Shown here: positions 49,911 through 62,189 of the stretch, one piece after another | Layout: each line of letters begins with the position of its first letter | Position numbering within the stretch: the stretch's first letter is position 1 | DNA from: Octopus vulgaris | Taxonomy: Eukaryota | Reading direction: 5' to 3' | DNA length: 64,000 nt | Assembly (NCBI GenBank): GCA_951406725.2 | Contig: OX597824.1 | Span: 95,294,001-95,358,000 of the forward strand | Notes under the pieces: model-generated | Told to the model about the DNA's origin: nothing | Database searches by the model: none | Seen by the model: only the letters and a program-made list of their open reading frames with translations | Translations under genes and position numbers: made by a program

Positions 49911-50619
49911 TTAAATTGTTTTATATATTACCTGAATTGTTAATTATTGAGAGAAAAGTGAATTAAAATGTATTTTTATCCTTATTTTCCTCTTCAGTCA
50001 AGATTTTAATTTATGGACTAAAGTGCTTTTCTGGAAATTAAAATATTTCTTTAAATAATTTTGTTTTGCAAAGATAAAAGAAAAACTGAAGCCATAACTC
50101 TATTTTTGAGCTTCTCGACAAGACTTGGAGAATGTCTGTCTTTTAGCAACTTTCTTGGCAATCTTAATGCTTTAGACAGACAGAGCCTCCTGCTTTCAAC
50201 TGCAGATTGGCTCCTCTTAGTCTGATAAGATTAAAGAACTCACCTCTTGACATCTCTTAATGTGGCGGGAATTACTTAGTGTCAAACAGTATAACAGAAA
50301 GCTTTAAATAAACATTTTCATTTGCTATATTTTTAATGTCAGACACATCAAACAGAAATAACTGTTCTCCTTCGTTGCATAAACTGCCGTAGGGAGGGTA
50401 GGGTTTGCTATTTCTGCTATTTTGTATGTAAACAAAATTCTTGTCAAGTTATTAATCATTCTTTCTTAATATGTATTGATACTATATTATCACCTTTTTC
50501 AAAACTGGAGGCTTTTTTTTTCTCTCTTTTGCTATCATCATCATCAAACTAATAATGTTTCAGTAAATACATTTTAAACAATCATCTTTTCACTGAGTAA
50601 TACACATAACACATTTAAA

Positions 50620-52230
50620 AAGTGTGGTTCTGTGGAACAACGTGGCATTGGGATTGTAGCCAGAAGTCTTGCAGTTACTGGAGAAAAAGGATTTCGGTAA
50701 GAACTGGGAATTTGGAATTAAAACTTAATAGATGTATACAAGAAAGATGGCTTGTCGGAACTTGTGATGTGAATGGCTGTTGCATTGCGGATAGAAAAGT
50801 GTCTTGAAGTGAATCTTTCTATAGAATCAATTTGGAGGGTTTTAAGTGTATTTGGCTCCTTTCCAGTTCGCTTTTAAGCTTAGCTCCGGAGTAGAATTGA
50901 CTATGAACCAGTAACCCAGTCAGTTGAGAATGAATGTTTTCTTGGGTTGGTACGAATCTTTGCTTGCTTGCAGTTATTTGTAGGATATGTAACTGTGCAT
51001 CGCAATTCTCAAGCTTCAAGCTAATTCTGAGATTGAAGATTCTCTAAATCCACAACTAATTTGCTTACAATTTGAAGATTGGTATAATGTAAACAACATA
51101 CAATCCTTGCTGGTAAGAACAAAGCTTCTAAAATTGATAGAGAAATTCAAAGGATTGCTTTGGTACAATGGTAGAATGTCTGTCATGTTTACAGAAGATG
51201 TGGTTCAAATCCCACAGACAGCCTTCAACTTTTTCCTGCCAAGGGTTTTTTTAACCCAATATTTACACGCTATTATTCATAGCTTTATCTACTTTGTGTT
51301 CCACCATGAGAAATTATTTATTTCATGTCTCTCAGCTTCCATATTCTTATCACACATACATACATACATACTTTCAAGATCTTGTTGCAGTCTTTATCAT
51401 TTCTACCTTTCATTGTCTTCGTTTCCAGTCGAGGTGTGTCTTCTCATTACCTTTCCTTCCACTACTACAACAACCTCTTCTTTGAACTAAGCTTCCCTGC
51501 TGTTGCCTAAACTCACTTTTTTCATCACCCAACCATTCCACTAAAATAGCATATTTCCTAACCCCTTCTTCCAAACAATTACATGCTTCTGGTGTTCCCT
51601 GGTTTTCCCTTCAAGTTGCAATAATTAAAACCAAACATAAACGACATTAACTTTATCCTTTTATGTTTATATTCCGGACTAAAAGTTCCATATGCACTAT
51701 CTTGCTCTTTGCACTTTTACCATTTTTTTTACCTTTTCTCCATTCTGGTGTGGGTTGGATGGGTCTGCTTTACAGGATGTTATACCCTTCACATTCTCTG
51801 TTCATCTTGTCCGTCATGACCAGCATCCTGAGAGTTATCCTCACCACTTTCCATATTTTTCCGAGGATGGATAGTTACATGGCATTCATTCAGCCAGCAC
51901 TCGACATCCATTTCCATTGCTTGTCCAAACCAGCAAAGTAATTTCTCTTGTCCGTTTCAGTTGATGCCTTTTTGATTTTAGCTGCTGGATATTCTTGTGC
52001 ATTCAATGCAGCAGAAAGCTTGATTCTCTGTCAGTGTGTCAGAGATCTCAATATATCTCTTCTTTTCTAATTTTTTTTTGTGTCCTCATTGCTTGTATTG
52101 AGTACACAGTCTTCAGTTCCTGTCAACTTCTTTGCTACATTTGAAGCAAGGCTACTTATTTGGAATTTTTTTAATTCTCTGTTATTAATTAAAACTTAAG
52201 TATTTGAACTTTTGGCCATTCTTCCAGGTT
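50620..52230 (-). mobile_element. Possible decayed non-LTR retrotransposon remnant
   Basis: Strand-skewed non-SINE sequence; minus-strand LIIAT* near 51610-51628 resembles the APE endonuclease IATWNV start. Weak. Confidence 0.25.
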
Positions 52231-52233
52231 TGG

Positions 52234-52534
52234 AAGCACCATCCGATCATGGCCGTTGCCAGCCTTGCCTGGCCCCCGTGCCGGTGGCACGTAAAAAGCA
52301 CCATCCGTCCGTGACCGTTTTGCCAGCCCCGTCTGGCACCTGTGCAGGTGGCACGTAAAAACCACCCACTACACTCACGGAGTGGTTGGCATTAGGAAGG
52401 GCATCCAGCCATAGAAACACTGCCAGATCAGACTGGGCCTGATGCAGCCTTCTGGCTTCCCAGACCCCAGTTGAACCGTCCAATCCATGCCAGCATGGAA
52501 AGCAGACGCTAAATGATGATGATGATGATGATGA
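52234..52534 (+). mobile_element. SINE family C, 110 bp upstream of the BTBD7 acceptor
   Basis: Internal repeat units and (GAT)n tail. Confidence 0.88.
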
Positions 52535-52656
52535 TATATATAAATTTATGCTTTGTCTTTTGTTTTTTTTTGAAATTAAAAGTTTTGGTTGTTAACATTT
52601 ATATTTCTATTATTCATAATACCTTTTTTTTTTTTCATTTTCAGAAATCCCTTGCT

Positions 52657-52674
52657 ATGGAACTGAAAAGGTGA
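52657..52674 (+). other. Short uORF (MELKR*) immediately upstream of the BTBD7 start codon
   Basis: GCT ATG GAA CTG AAA AGG TGA; the stop ends 2 nt before the main ATG at 52677, in the same exon. Confidence 0.6.
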
Positions 52675-52676
52675 TC

Positions 52677-53805
52677 ATGGGTGCCAATGTTTCAGCCGAT
52701 CGATTGCAGCCATCTTCTCGATCCTCCACATTGACTCGCATGTCCCATGGATATGTGATCAATGAGGGAGATGTGGTGGCACGAGAGAAGAAAAAGAAAG
52801 CGTCCAAGTTTGCCACACTAAGGAAAAAGTTGATCAGAGTCCGGCGCCACAGTCGAGCAGTTGATTACTCCAAAGCTTTGCGGGAATTAACTTGCAGCTG
52901 GTCTATTCGGGATCTCAGCTGCTTGGTAGAGGAATATGAAGCGGCTGCTATTCTTAAGGAACTTGCCATTGCTGCAAACTTGGCCCGACCGTTGGCCAAC
53001 TCCATTCGTCAAGATCTCTCAAACCTTTTTGATTACAAATACTGTACGGACGTTGATTTGATTTATCGAGGGGCATGTTTTCCAGCTCATCGAGCCCTTC
53101 TTGTTGCCCGTAGTCCATTTTTCCATGATTTATTGAACCAATTCCAGGAATATGGAGCACAAGTACCGATCAAATTAAAAACTCCTGGGGTTGATGTCCC
53201 TCTATTCTCTGCTCTTTTACGATATCTATACACTGAAGAATTTATTCTTGAAGGTTCTCAGTTAGAGAATGATGAGATTATCATGCGGCTTACGGATGAG
53301 TTTGGAATGCCAAACCCTCTGGAGCAGGACTTGCGAATGATGTTGGACACTGGCAACTACAGTGATGCTACTTTGGTATTTACGACTGGTTCCGAAAGCC
53401 AGGAAAATTTAAGTTCCGAAGCTTCTAGTTCAGGAGATCATTCATCAAGAAAACACGAACTTAAATGCCATAAAGCAATTCTGGCTGCGCGATCTCCTTT
53501 CTTCCGTAACCTTCTGTTGCGGCGTGCGCGATCAGGTGAAGAGATCACTGAACGGACATTACAGACACCTACACGCATAGTGCTTGATGAATCGGTCATT
53601 CCAAGGAGGTATGCTCGTGTGTTATTGCATGCAATCTATATGGACTCGGTAGATTTATCTTTAATAGTGCGTGGAAGTACCAGCACGTGTAGTCTTAGTG
53701 AAGTGCAAGCTATGGTAGCAGGAAGAGGGCATATCACTCATGCTGATGAAGCTATGGAAATTTACCAAATCGGACAGTTTTTGGATTTTCCTATTCTTTC
53801 ACAAG
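52677..53805 (+). CDS. BTBD7: BTB/POZ domain-containing protein 7, first coding exon (two BTB domains); gene continues beyond the window
   Basis: MGANVS start; KKKASKFATLRKKLI, YKYCTDVDLIY..CFPAHRA, HKAILAARSPFFRNLL, GEEITERTLQTPTRIVLDESVIP and SLSEVQAMVAG match BTBD7. Polypyrimidine acceptor TTTTCAG ends at 52644 (exon starts 52645); phase-1 donor CAAG|GTAATT at 53805/53806. Confidence 0.96.
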
Positions 53806-53986
53806 GTAATTCACAGACATTTGCTGTTTTTGTAATTAATTCCTCGAGTTCCTTTTGCATTCTTTTACTTTGTTAGACATGTTTTCTATTTGTAACCATG
53901 GATTTCATGATTCAACAGCATCCCATTTTAAGATAAAATAGCAAGAGCATGCCTCTAAAACCTCTTCCTAAAGGTGATATTTATAT

Positions 53987-54410
53987 GGCGGTGAGCTGGC
54001 AGAATCGTTAGCACACAGGGTGAAATGCTTAGCGGTATTTCGACTTCCGTTATGTTCTGAGTTCAAATTCCGCCGAGGTTGACTTTGCCATTCATCCTTT
54101 CGGGGTTGATAAATTAAGTACCAGTTATGCATTGGGGTCGATATAATCGACTTAATGCGTTTGTCTGTCCTTGTTTGTCCCCTCTGTGTTTAGCCCCTTG
54201 TGGGTAGTAAAGAAATAGGTAATATTCCTCCCATTGCCAAACAATGTTCTGAGTTCAAATTCCACCGAGGTCGACTTTGCCATTCATTCTTTTGGGGGCG
54301 ATTAAATAAGTACCTGTTACACACTGGGGATCGATGTAATCGACATAAACCCTTTGTCTGTCCTTGTTTGTCCCCTCTATGTTTAGCCCCCTGTGGGCAA
54401 TAAAGAAATA
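53987..54410 (+). mobile_element. SINE family A dimer
   Basis: TSD GATATTTATA on both sides; same two-unit layout as 20534-20948. Confidence 0.88.
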
Positions 54411-54847
54411 GATATTTATAATGGGTGACATTTTGACCCTGCTTATTTGGCACCACTGATTTGAATCTGAACTTTTTTGACTTAAAATATAACAGAAAAG
54501 AAAATGGAATGCTCAAAGATTGAATAATGTTTTCTCATTCCACAGAATTATTTGGTGCAGTAAAGTTAGTTATGTTATCAAGTTCCATCAAAATTTTGAT
54601 AATTTTCATAATTAAAAAAGACACTGGCAGTGTATTTCATGAGAAATATTGAAAGTGTTTAAATATATTGTGTACATGTATGTGCAGGCATGGGCATAAG
54701 GTTAAGAATCTTACTTTACAACCCTTTGATTCAAGATCAGTTTTGTACAAAACACTGTCCTGCAGTGGGATGGAACTTGAGACCATGTGGTTGCAAAGGG
54801 AGCTTCCTAGCCACACAGCCATGACAAATTGTTCAAATGTCTACAAT

Positions 54848-55234
54848 GGAGACCTATTGAGTCAAGTACATCAACATCAAAATAAAAATCGAATGGAAAT
54901 TGTAGTTGTGATACCTGTGCCGGTGGCATGTAAAAAGCACCATCCAAACGTGGCTGATGCCAGTGCCGCCTTGACTGGCTTCTGTGCTGGTGGCACGTAA
55001 AAAGCATCAACCGGCCGTGGCTGCTGCCAGCCTCCCCTGGCACCTGTGCCGGTGGCATGTAGAAGGCACCCACTACACTCACGGAGTGGTAGGCGTTAGG
55101 AAGGGCATCCAGCTGTAGAAACACTGCCAGATCAGACTGGAGCCTGGTGCAGCCTCCTAGCTTCCCAGACCCCAGTCGAACTGTCCAACTCATGCCAGCA
55201 TGGAAAATGGGCATTAAACGATGCTGCTGATGAT
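54848..55234 (+). mobile_element. SINE family C, long copy
   Basis: Shares GGAGACCTATTGAGTCAA...AATGGAAATTGTAGTTGTGAT with the copies at 10795 and 57520. Confidence 0.85.
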
Positions 55235-56322
55235 GAATTCATTATTAAACGTTGGTTACCAAATCTGAGATCCAAATTAAGATTCTAGAGTGTGACTTAA
55301 TAAACAGGAAGGCACATGGGTTTGTGTAGCCGTGATTTTAAGTCACTCCTCCTACTCACTAACCCGCTTTGAGAAATCAGCTACCTTACATTGGAAAAAG
55401 ACTTCTACTTCCTTTCAAGAACACAGCTGCAGAATGTCATCTTAACTCTAAGTAAACATTCTCTAATTATCAACTGCAGTCAGTTGTCCATCAGAAAACT
55501 GGTGCGTGTGTAGAAAGATGGGTCGGGGGGGTGAACCACTAGAGGGAAAGTATTCCCATGTAAGTAAGTATAAAGAAATTTTAACTTATTGTAATGAATG
55601 TTTTCATTTACTTTACCTGAGTTTACTTTGACTTTACATTATTATTATAAATGTTGATTGTTTTTTTTATTCTGTTTTGTTTTGCTTTTTTTAAAAATTT
55701 TATCAGGAACTTTCTTGTTCACCATTAGCCATTCAAAGATAATAACTTTACAATCTTAAGTATTTTTTTCATGCTTCAGTCACTTTTATTTTCCAGGATG
55801 TTTAATGTTCACTTTTCCATGCTTGCATGGGTTAGACACATCAAAGCAAGGGGACTGTAACACACACACACACACACACACATGTGACAAAGGACCCAGA
55901 TATCATGTGTCTTGCTGTACTCAAGAAGACCCATCTATCACAGCAGAATTGATGCCAGTGCTGGTGTCACATAAAAAGCACCCAATATACTTTGTAAAGT
56001 GGTTGGCATCAGGAGGGGCATCCAGCTGCAGAAACCATGCCAGAACAAACAGCTGGAGCCTGGTGTGGCCCCTGATCTTACCAGCTCCAGTCAAACTGTC
56101 CAGTCCATACCAGCATGGAAAACAGACGTTAAATGATGATGATGATGATAGGTTTCTGTCAGTTTCCATCTCCCAAATTCACTAACAAGGCTTTGGTCAA
56201 TCTGGAGCTATGGAAGTCACTTGCCCTAGGTACAAAGTAGAGGGACTAAACCTGAAACTGTGTCACTGGGGAGCAAACGTCTTGCCCCACTTGCGCCTGA
56301 CTTGTAAATTTAATGTCACTAT

Positions 56323-56725
56323 AGGCGTAGGAGTGGTTGTGTGGTAAGTAGCTTGCTTACCAACCACATGGTTCTGGGTTCAGTCCCACTGCGTGGCACC
56401 TTGGGCAAGTGTCTTCTACTATAGCCTCGGGCCGACCAAAGCCTTTTGAGTGCATTTGGTAGACGGAAACTGAAAAAAGCCTGTCATATATATATATATA
56501 TATATATATAATGTGTGTGTGTGTTTGTGTGTCTGTTTGTCCCCCCAACATCGCTTGACAACCGATGCTGTTGTGTTTACGTCCCTGTGACTTAGTGGTT
56601 CGGCAAAAGAGACTGATAGAATAAGTACTAGGCTTGCAAGGAATAAATCCTGGGGTCGATTTGCTTGACTAAAGGTGGTGCTCCAGCATGGCACAGTCAA
56701 ATGACTGAAACAAATAAAAGAAAAG
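56323..56725 (+). mobile_element. SINE family B, full-length young copy
   Basis: GGCGTAGGAGTGGTTGTGTGGTAAG through ATGACTGAAACAAATAAAAG. Confidence 0.88.
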
Positions 56726-57469
56726 ATCAGTTACATGGTCTCCTCAAGCCACAATGGACACTGGCTCATGTAAGGGAGTTCCCATTCTTATATAAAGAGG
56801 ATATTATAAGCAGGATTTTGAAACTGAGAAAAACAGAAACTCAAGAGAACAGAGCGAATGTATTTATCATGTTTTTCTGTAAATGGTGACTGGTCTAGCT
56901 GCAGAGTGAAAAAGAACAAATGTTCCGACAAAACAATCTATGTCCACTTGAAAAAGTAGAGATGAAACTTGATGAAATTGATGGTAGTTAATGGTAACAA
57001 CGATGTTAATAGTTATTGCAAAAAAAAAAGAATATTCAACTTATTTTTTCTTTTTTTTTTTTTGTATTTATTCTTCTGCAAATTAAGACAAATCACTATT
57101 GAGGACATAAGAACTTAGAAACTACTGTGGAGAGGTTTTTATTTTTAATCCATAACTTTTGAATGTTGTAGATTGTATATGGATTGAATGGTAAGGATTA
57201 ACTGCTTGAAAATCAATTTGTCGATACAGAGCGGTTAAAAAGAAATACATTTTTTAATCATTACATGCCTTAATGTATTTTTTTTAAACAAAGGAATTTT
57301 GTGGTAATGAATTGTTTTGCAAGCCACCATTTCCATGTGATTGTCTGCCGTTCCAATAAGCCCCAAGATTGATTAGATAACCTAATATTTATATCTTAAA
57401 ATTTGCAGTAGAATATATATTTCTCAATTCGACCTTTAGTTATCATCCCTAAACCCCTTCTCTATTTAA

Positions 57470-57897
57470 AACAGATGTTTTGTGTCCCTTCTTGGGACAC
57501 AAAACTCTGCTTGCGAAGACCTGTTGAGGCAAGTGAAATCGAAATCGATCAAAATCAATGGAAATTGTAGTTGTGATGCCAGTGCTGGTGGCACGTAAAA
57601 AGCACCGTCCGAACGTGGCCGTTGCCAGTGCCGCCTCGACTGGCCTCTGTGCCGGTGGCATGTAAAAAGCACCAACTGATCATAGCCATTGCCAGCCTCC
57701 TCTGGCCCCTGTGCCGGTGGCATGTAAATAGCACCCACTACACTCACAGAGTGGTTGGCATTAGGAAGGGTATCCAGCTGTAGAAACACTGCCAGATCAG
57801 ACTGGAGCCTGGTGCAGCCTCCTGGCTTCCCAGACCCTGGTCAAACCATCCAACCGATGCTCGCGTGGAAAACGGACGTTAAACGATGATGATGATG
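57470..57897 (+). mobile_element. SINE family C, long copy with three internal units
   Basis: Family motifs and GAT tail. Confidence 0.85.
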
Positions 57898-58168
57898 TTG
57901 TTTGTTACCACTCAGCTTTGGCAAATATGTCTGCTTATGGGGAAATGTTGTTACCTTGATTGGAAACGGATGAAAGTTAGCAATAGGAAGGGCATCCAGC
58001 CATAGAAAACCTACCACAACAAATTCCATCTTACTTATGCAAGCATAGAAATAGCGGTATTAAATGGTGTTGATAGGAAATTCAAATTTCTAATCCCAGT
58101 TCTTGTGTAGGATGGTTATTTATTTATTTATCTTTTTGTCAGATTTTAATATTGTTTTTCCATCTCGT

Positions 58169-58380
58169 TCATCGTTTAACGTCCGCTTTCCATGCTAGCA
58201 TGGGTTGGACGAATGACTGAGGGCTGGCAAACCAGATGGCTGCACCAGGCTCTAATCTGATCTGGCAGAGTTTCTAAAGCTGGATGCCCTGCCTAACGCC
58301 GACCACTCTGAGAGTGTAGTGGGTGCTTTTACATGCCACCGGCACGGGGACCAATCAGGCGGTACTGGCAACGACCTCGC
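58169..58380 (-). mobile_element. SINE family C, inverted relative to the 57470-57897 copy
   Basis: CATCGTTTAACGTCCGCTTTCCATGCTAGCATGGGTTGGAC...GTGTAGTGGGTGCTTTTAC. Confidence 0.88.
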
Positions 58381-58445
58381 TAGAGTTAATAATAGGAATT
58401 TTCTGTCTTCCTGTATTTTGTGGGATTCCTCACCCAGTAAAGAGA

Positions 58446-58748
58446 AGGTGGCTTAGTGGTTAGGATATTTGGCTCACGATTGTAAGGTCATGAGTTCAGT
58501 TCCTGGCAGCATGTTATGTCCTTGAGCAAGACACTTTATTTCCCATTCCTCCAGTCCACTCGGCTGGCAAAAATGAGTTGTACCTGTAATTTCAAAGGAC
58601 CAGCCTTGCCACCTTCTGTGTCACACTAAATCTCCTTTGAGTATTATACTAAGTGTATACACGTCTGTGGAGTACTCAGCCACTTGCACATTGATTTCAT
58701 GATCAGACCGACTGGAGCCCTTGTCACTGTAAGCGATGGACTGCCACT
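58446..58748 (+). mobile_element. SINE family D
   Basis: TGGCTTAGTGGTTAGG head; TGTCCTTGAGCAAGACACTTTATTTC. Confidence 0.8.
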
Positions 58749-60096
58749 TCCTCAGTAAAGAAATTAGGATATGATGTTACTGCAGCCTGGCTCTGTTCAA
58801 AAACCAGACATTCTCGGTTATCTTTGCCTGGAAACAGTTTATTAGCTTTCATTGTGAACCACTTTATCAGGTTCATCAATAAATAGATTCAACAGAAGAA
58901 TTGTTGTTTGAACATGGTTTATAGGTTCCTGTCTTGCAACAATCATCCATCCATAACCTTAGAGTGCAGCCTGACCGATAACTAGTATTGATTATAAATT
59001 GATGGAAAAGAATTTGGTAAGGCACAGTTATTTTTCTGTTTTAACAGTTGTGTCTGTTAAAATGTTGCTTTGTAGTATTAGTAATAGTGATGGTGGATTT
59101 CTTTCATTTGTGAAAATGTAATTAGCTCATAAAACTTGCCCTTCTATTGATCTATTCTTTTATTTTGGAGCATTTCAAAAAAATAAATAAATAAAAAATA
59201 TCTATAAAAAAAAACAAAAAAAAATTATTATTTCCCACTGGAAATAGATTAACAAGTACCGATTTGGCTTGATCTGAATCATTACTGACCTCTCCTATCT
59301 TGCTATCAGCCGCCTTTTCTCTTCGACCGTCAGAGTAAAAGTTGAACTACAACTATAGTTTCTCAATAAAGAATAGTCCTATCAATAACAGTTGCCATTA
59401 CTGAACATTTACTATTTTTCCAGCATCATTGTTGCTTCTTTTTTCTCCTTTTATTGATAAAAATATTGACTACTTATCAGAAAATATTTAATCTCAACAA
59501 ACCATTTATTATTATTATTATTTCATTATCTATTTTATCTTAATTCGGAACATTCACATACTTGTTTTTAGGACATTTACTCAGACTGGGATATTTTAGA
59601 ATTGCTCAAATAGACAGTGCTATAATTTTTAATTAAAAGGTTATACCAACTGCATGACTAAATTAACGATTCCCTTTATATTGTAGTACTTGTATCTGCA
59701 CATGCAGCTACATTTACCCAGGGTGAGTTGAGCCATTGCCAACCAGTAAGTTCATGTTTGAAGCTTCACTGGGAATACAAGTTCACATGTATGTGGTCCA
59801 CATTCACATGCACACACAATTAGCAGTTCATCTTGCTGTTGATTATTGACCATTGCAGAGGATTCACTGACCGAATCACTGCCGATTATAGGAGGAGATG
59901 TAGCCAGGGTTTGAAGCAAGTTCTAGAGACCTACTTTGACAAAAGCAAAGGGGTATCCCACTCCCCCAATGGTCTTCAAGCATGATGGACACCAACATAG
60001 AATTTCTGAGGGACAGTTCTCTTTAACCAATTGCAGCATGAGAGGTGATTATAACCCATTTAAAAAGACACAAAAACCATTAGATTCACTTCAACA

Positions 60097-60355
60097 GGCG
60101 TAGGAGTGGCTGTGTGGTAAGTAGCTTACTTACCAACCACACTGTCCCGAGTTCAGTCCCACTGCGTGGCACCTTGGGCAAGTGTCTTCTACTAGCCTCG
60201 GGCCAACCTAAGCCTCGTGAGTGGATTTGGTAGACGGAAACTGAAAGAAGCCTGTCGTATATATGTATATGTGTGTGTGTCTGTCTGTGTTTGCCCCACA
60301 TCGCTTGACAACCGATGCTGGTGTGTTTACGCCCCCTGTAACTTAGCGGTTCGTT
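60097..60355 (+). mobile_element. SINE family B abutting a truncated Penelope-like fragment (60029-60096)
   Basis: GGCGTAGGAGTGGCTGTGTGGTAAG head directly follows ...TTAGATTCACTTCAACA. Confidence 0.8.
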
Positions 60356-62189
60356 ACCGCAATGTAAAAAGTGCTTAATGACATTTCTTCCAAGTTTACA
60401 TTTTGAGTTCAAATGCCTCTGAGGTCACTTTGTCTTTCATCTTTTCAAGGTTGCACACTTCCCTGTAATTGCTGACCTTGGGGGCCAAAATTTGAAAGTG
60501 ATATAATGAAATTACAACAATATTTTCAGTTAATCCTATCATACAGGTTTTATTCAGTTTCGACCCTTAAAACATCATAAATACATTTGGACAGATGAAA
60601 AACCGCTTCTCAGTTTTTAATTTTCCCATTTTTATTATTGTTTTTTTCTTTTACTTACATAGCAAAACAGCTCGATATGAATGTACACTTACTTAAAATC
60701 AAATAAAAGATTTGATTGTTGTGAAAGGAACTTGCTAGATTAGTATATCAACCCTTATTTTTGAAATCAGTAGGAAAAAGGAAAAAAAACCAAAAAAAAA
60801 CCCCAACATTTTAAAGGGAGATAAATCATAAAAATATTTCAGTAAAAATTTTAATTTATGAGTTTCCTTAATAATTTTGCATTTGTGCTTATTGTTGTGA
60901 CTGTGAAAGTCCTTTTTCAAGTACATTTGTTCTCAGATTTGTTTCAACACAAAAACTAGGTTTGTACATGGAGCTGGTTTATTTATTTTCTATATTTCCA
61001 TCTAAGCAGAATTAGGCCCTAAAGGCTTCTTATTCATGTCTATGTTCCTGACAAATCCCTCTCACACAACTCCTCTTCTTAGCAACCGCCCACCCACCCC
61101 CACCCTTCACCCACATTTACCACTCACTACTTTCCCCTCCCCTTTATCTCCCCCCTTTTGCATTCTTGCAAACTTACCTCCTCACTCCCCCCTGTCTATT
61201 CCTCCGTACCACTCCCTACATCTTCACCACCAACTTCTTCTCACTCTCTCTCCCTCTCTCTCTTTTCCAACTGGGGTAGCCATATGTCTCCCTGCAGCTA
61301 AACACCTGTTTCCGTCCTTCTATCATAACTTAAGCCTCTCATCACCTGTCGTAATGCCCCCCACCCTCATCACTACACTCCCCACTCCCTTAGTCAAGGA
61401 GTCTTGCTTTGCAAGTTAAGTGGACCCTTGCTGGTGTCACATAAAAAAAGCACCCAGTATACTCTGTTAAGTGGCATTAGGAAAGGCATCCAGCCGTAGG
61501 TAGAAGCCGTGTCAAAGCACACACATAGGGACTTGGTACAATCTTCAGGCTCACCAGTTCCTGTTAAATCATCCAATCCATTCCACCAGCATTAAAAAAA
61601 AAGACATTAAATGATGACATTATGTATATAAGTAACACTGTCATTGATAAACAGAATTATTCATTTGTTTGTTTTGTTAGATGCCCTAATTTCAGGGATA
61701 AACTATTAGAATTGTTTTGCTGCACCGTGTAGGGGTGATGTATACAATTAACAAGTGACAATGGCTTCCTCTTCATGAAGAAGTAAGTCTTCAGCTGTAC
61801 ATTAATAATATATTTACTTTAGCCCCATTCAATCTTCTATCTTTGGTGATTAAGATTCTGTTTCATAACACATTCACTCAAGTGTAACATTTTAGTTTAA
61901 GATTTGAAAGACAGAATCAAGAATTTATTTTTCCAAGCTGTAACTGTTACTTGCTCTCGTGTTATATAGTTTGTTTTTCTCTATTCTGAAATCAGAGGCT
62001 AAAGGTTTCTATAATAACTTATTAGAAAATGGCAATTTGAAGAGTTTAGCATTTAGGTTTGACCTTTCTATGTATTTAGTAAGAGGCAAATATCTTAAGG
62101 AACTGGAATCTTGTATAGGCTGAATGCTGTTTATGAAATATAGTAATTAGAGTAATGATGTGTTTGCCTGCTCATGCTTTATTCAGCTG

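Noticed and set aside
52671-52676. ORF-track start at GTG (52671) and end at 53876 for BTBD7
   Set aside because: Homology starts at ATG 52677 (MGAN) and ends at the donor at 53805/53806; the extensions are UTR and intron.
10801-57789. Recurrent ORFs containing LQLDALPNANHS..VVGAFY and PRCHAVGLNPEPCGW
   Set aside because: Antisense translations of SINE families C and B, not genes.
61036-61419. Pro/Leu/Ser-rich 127-aa ORF
   Set aside because: Low-complexity C/T-rich tract running into a SINE tail; no splice or homology support.
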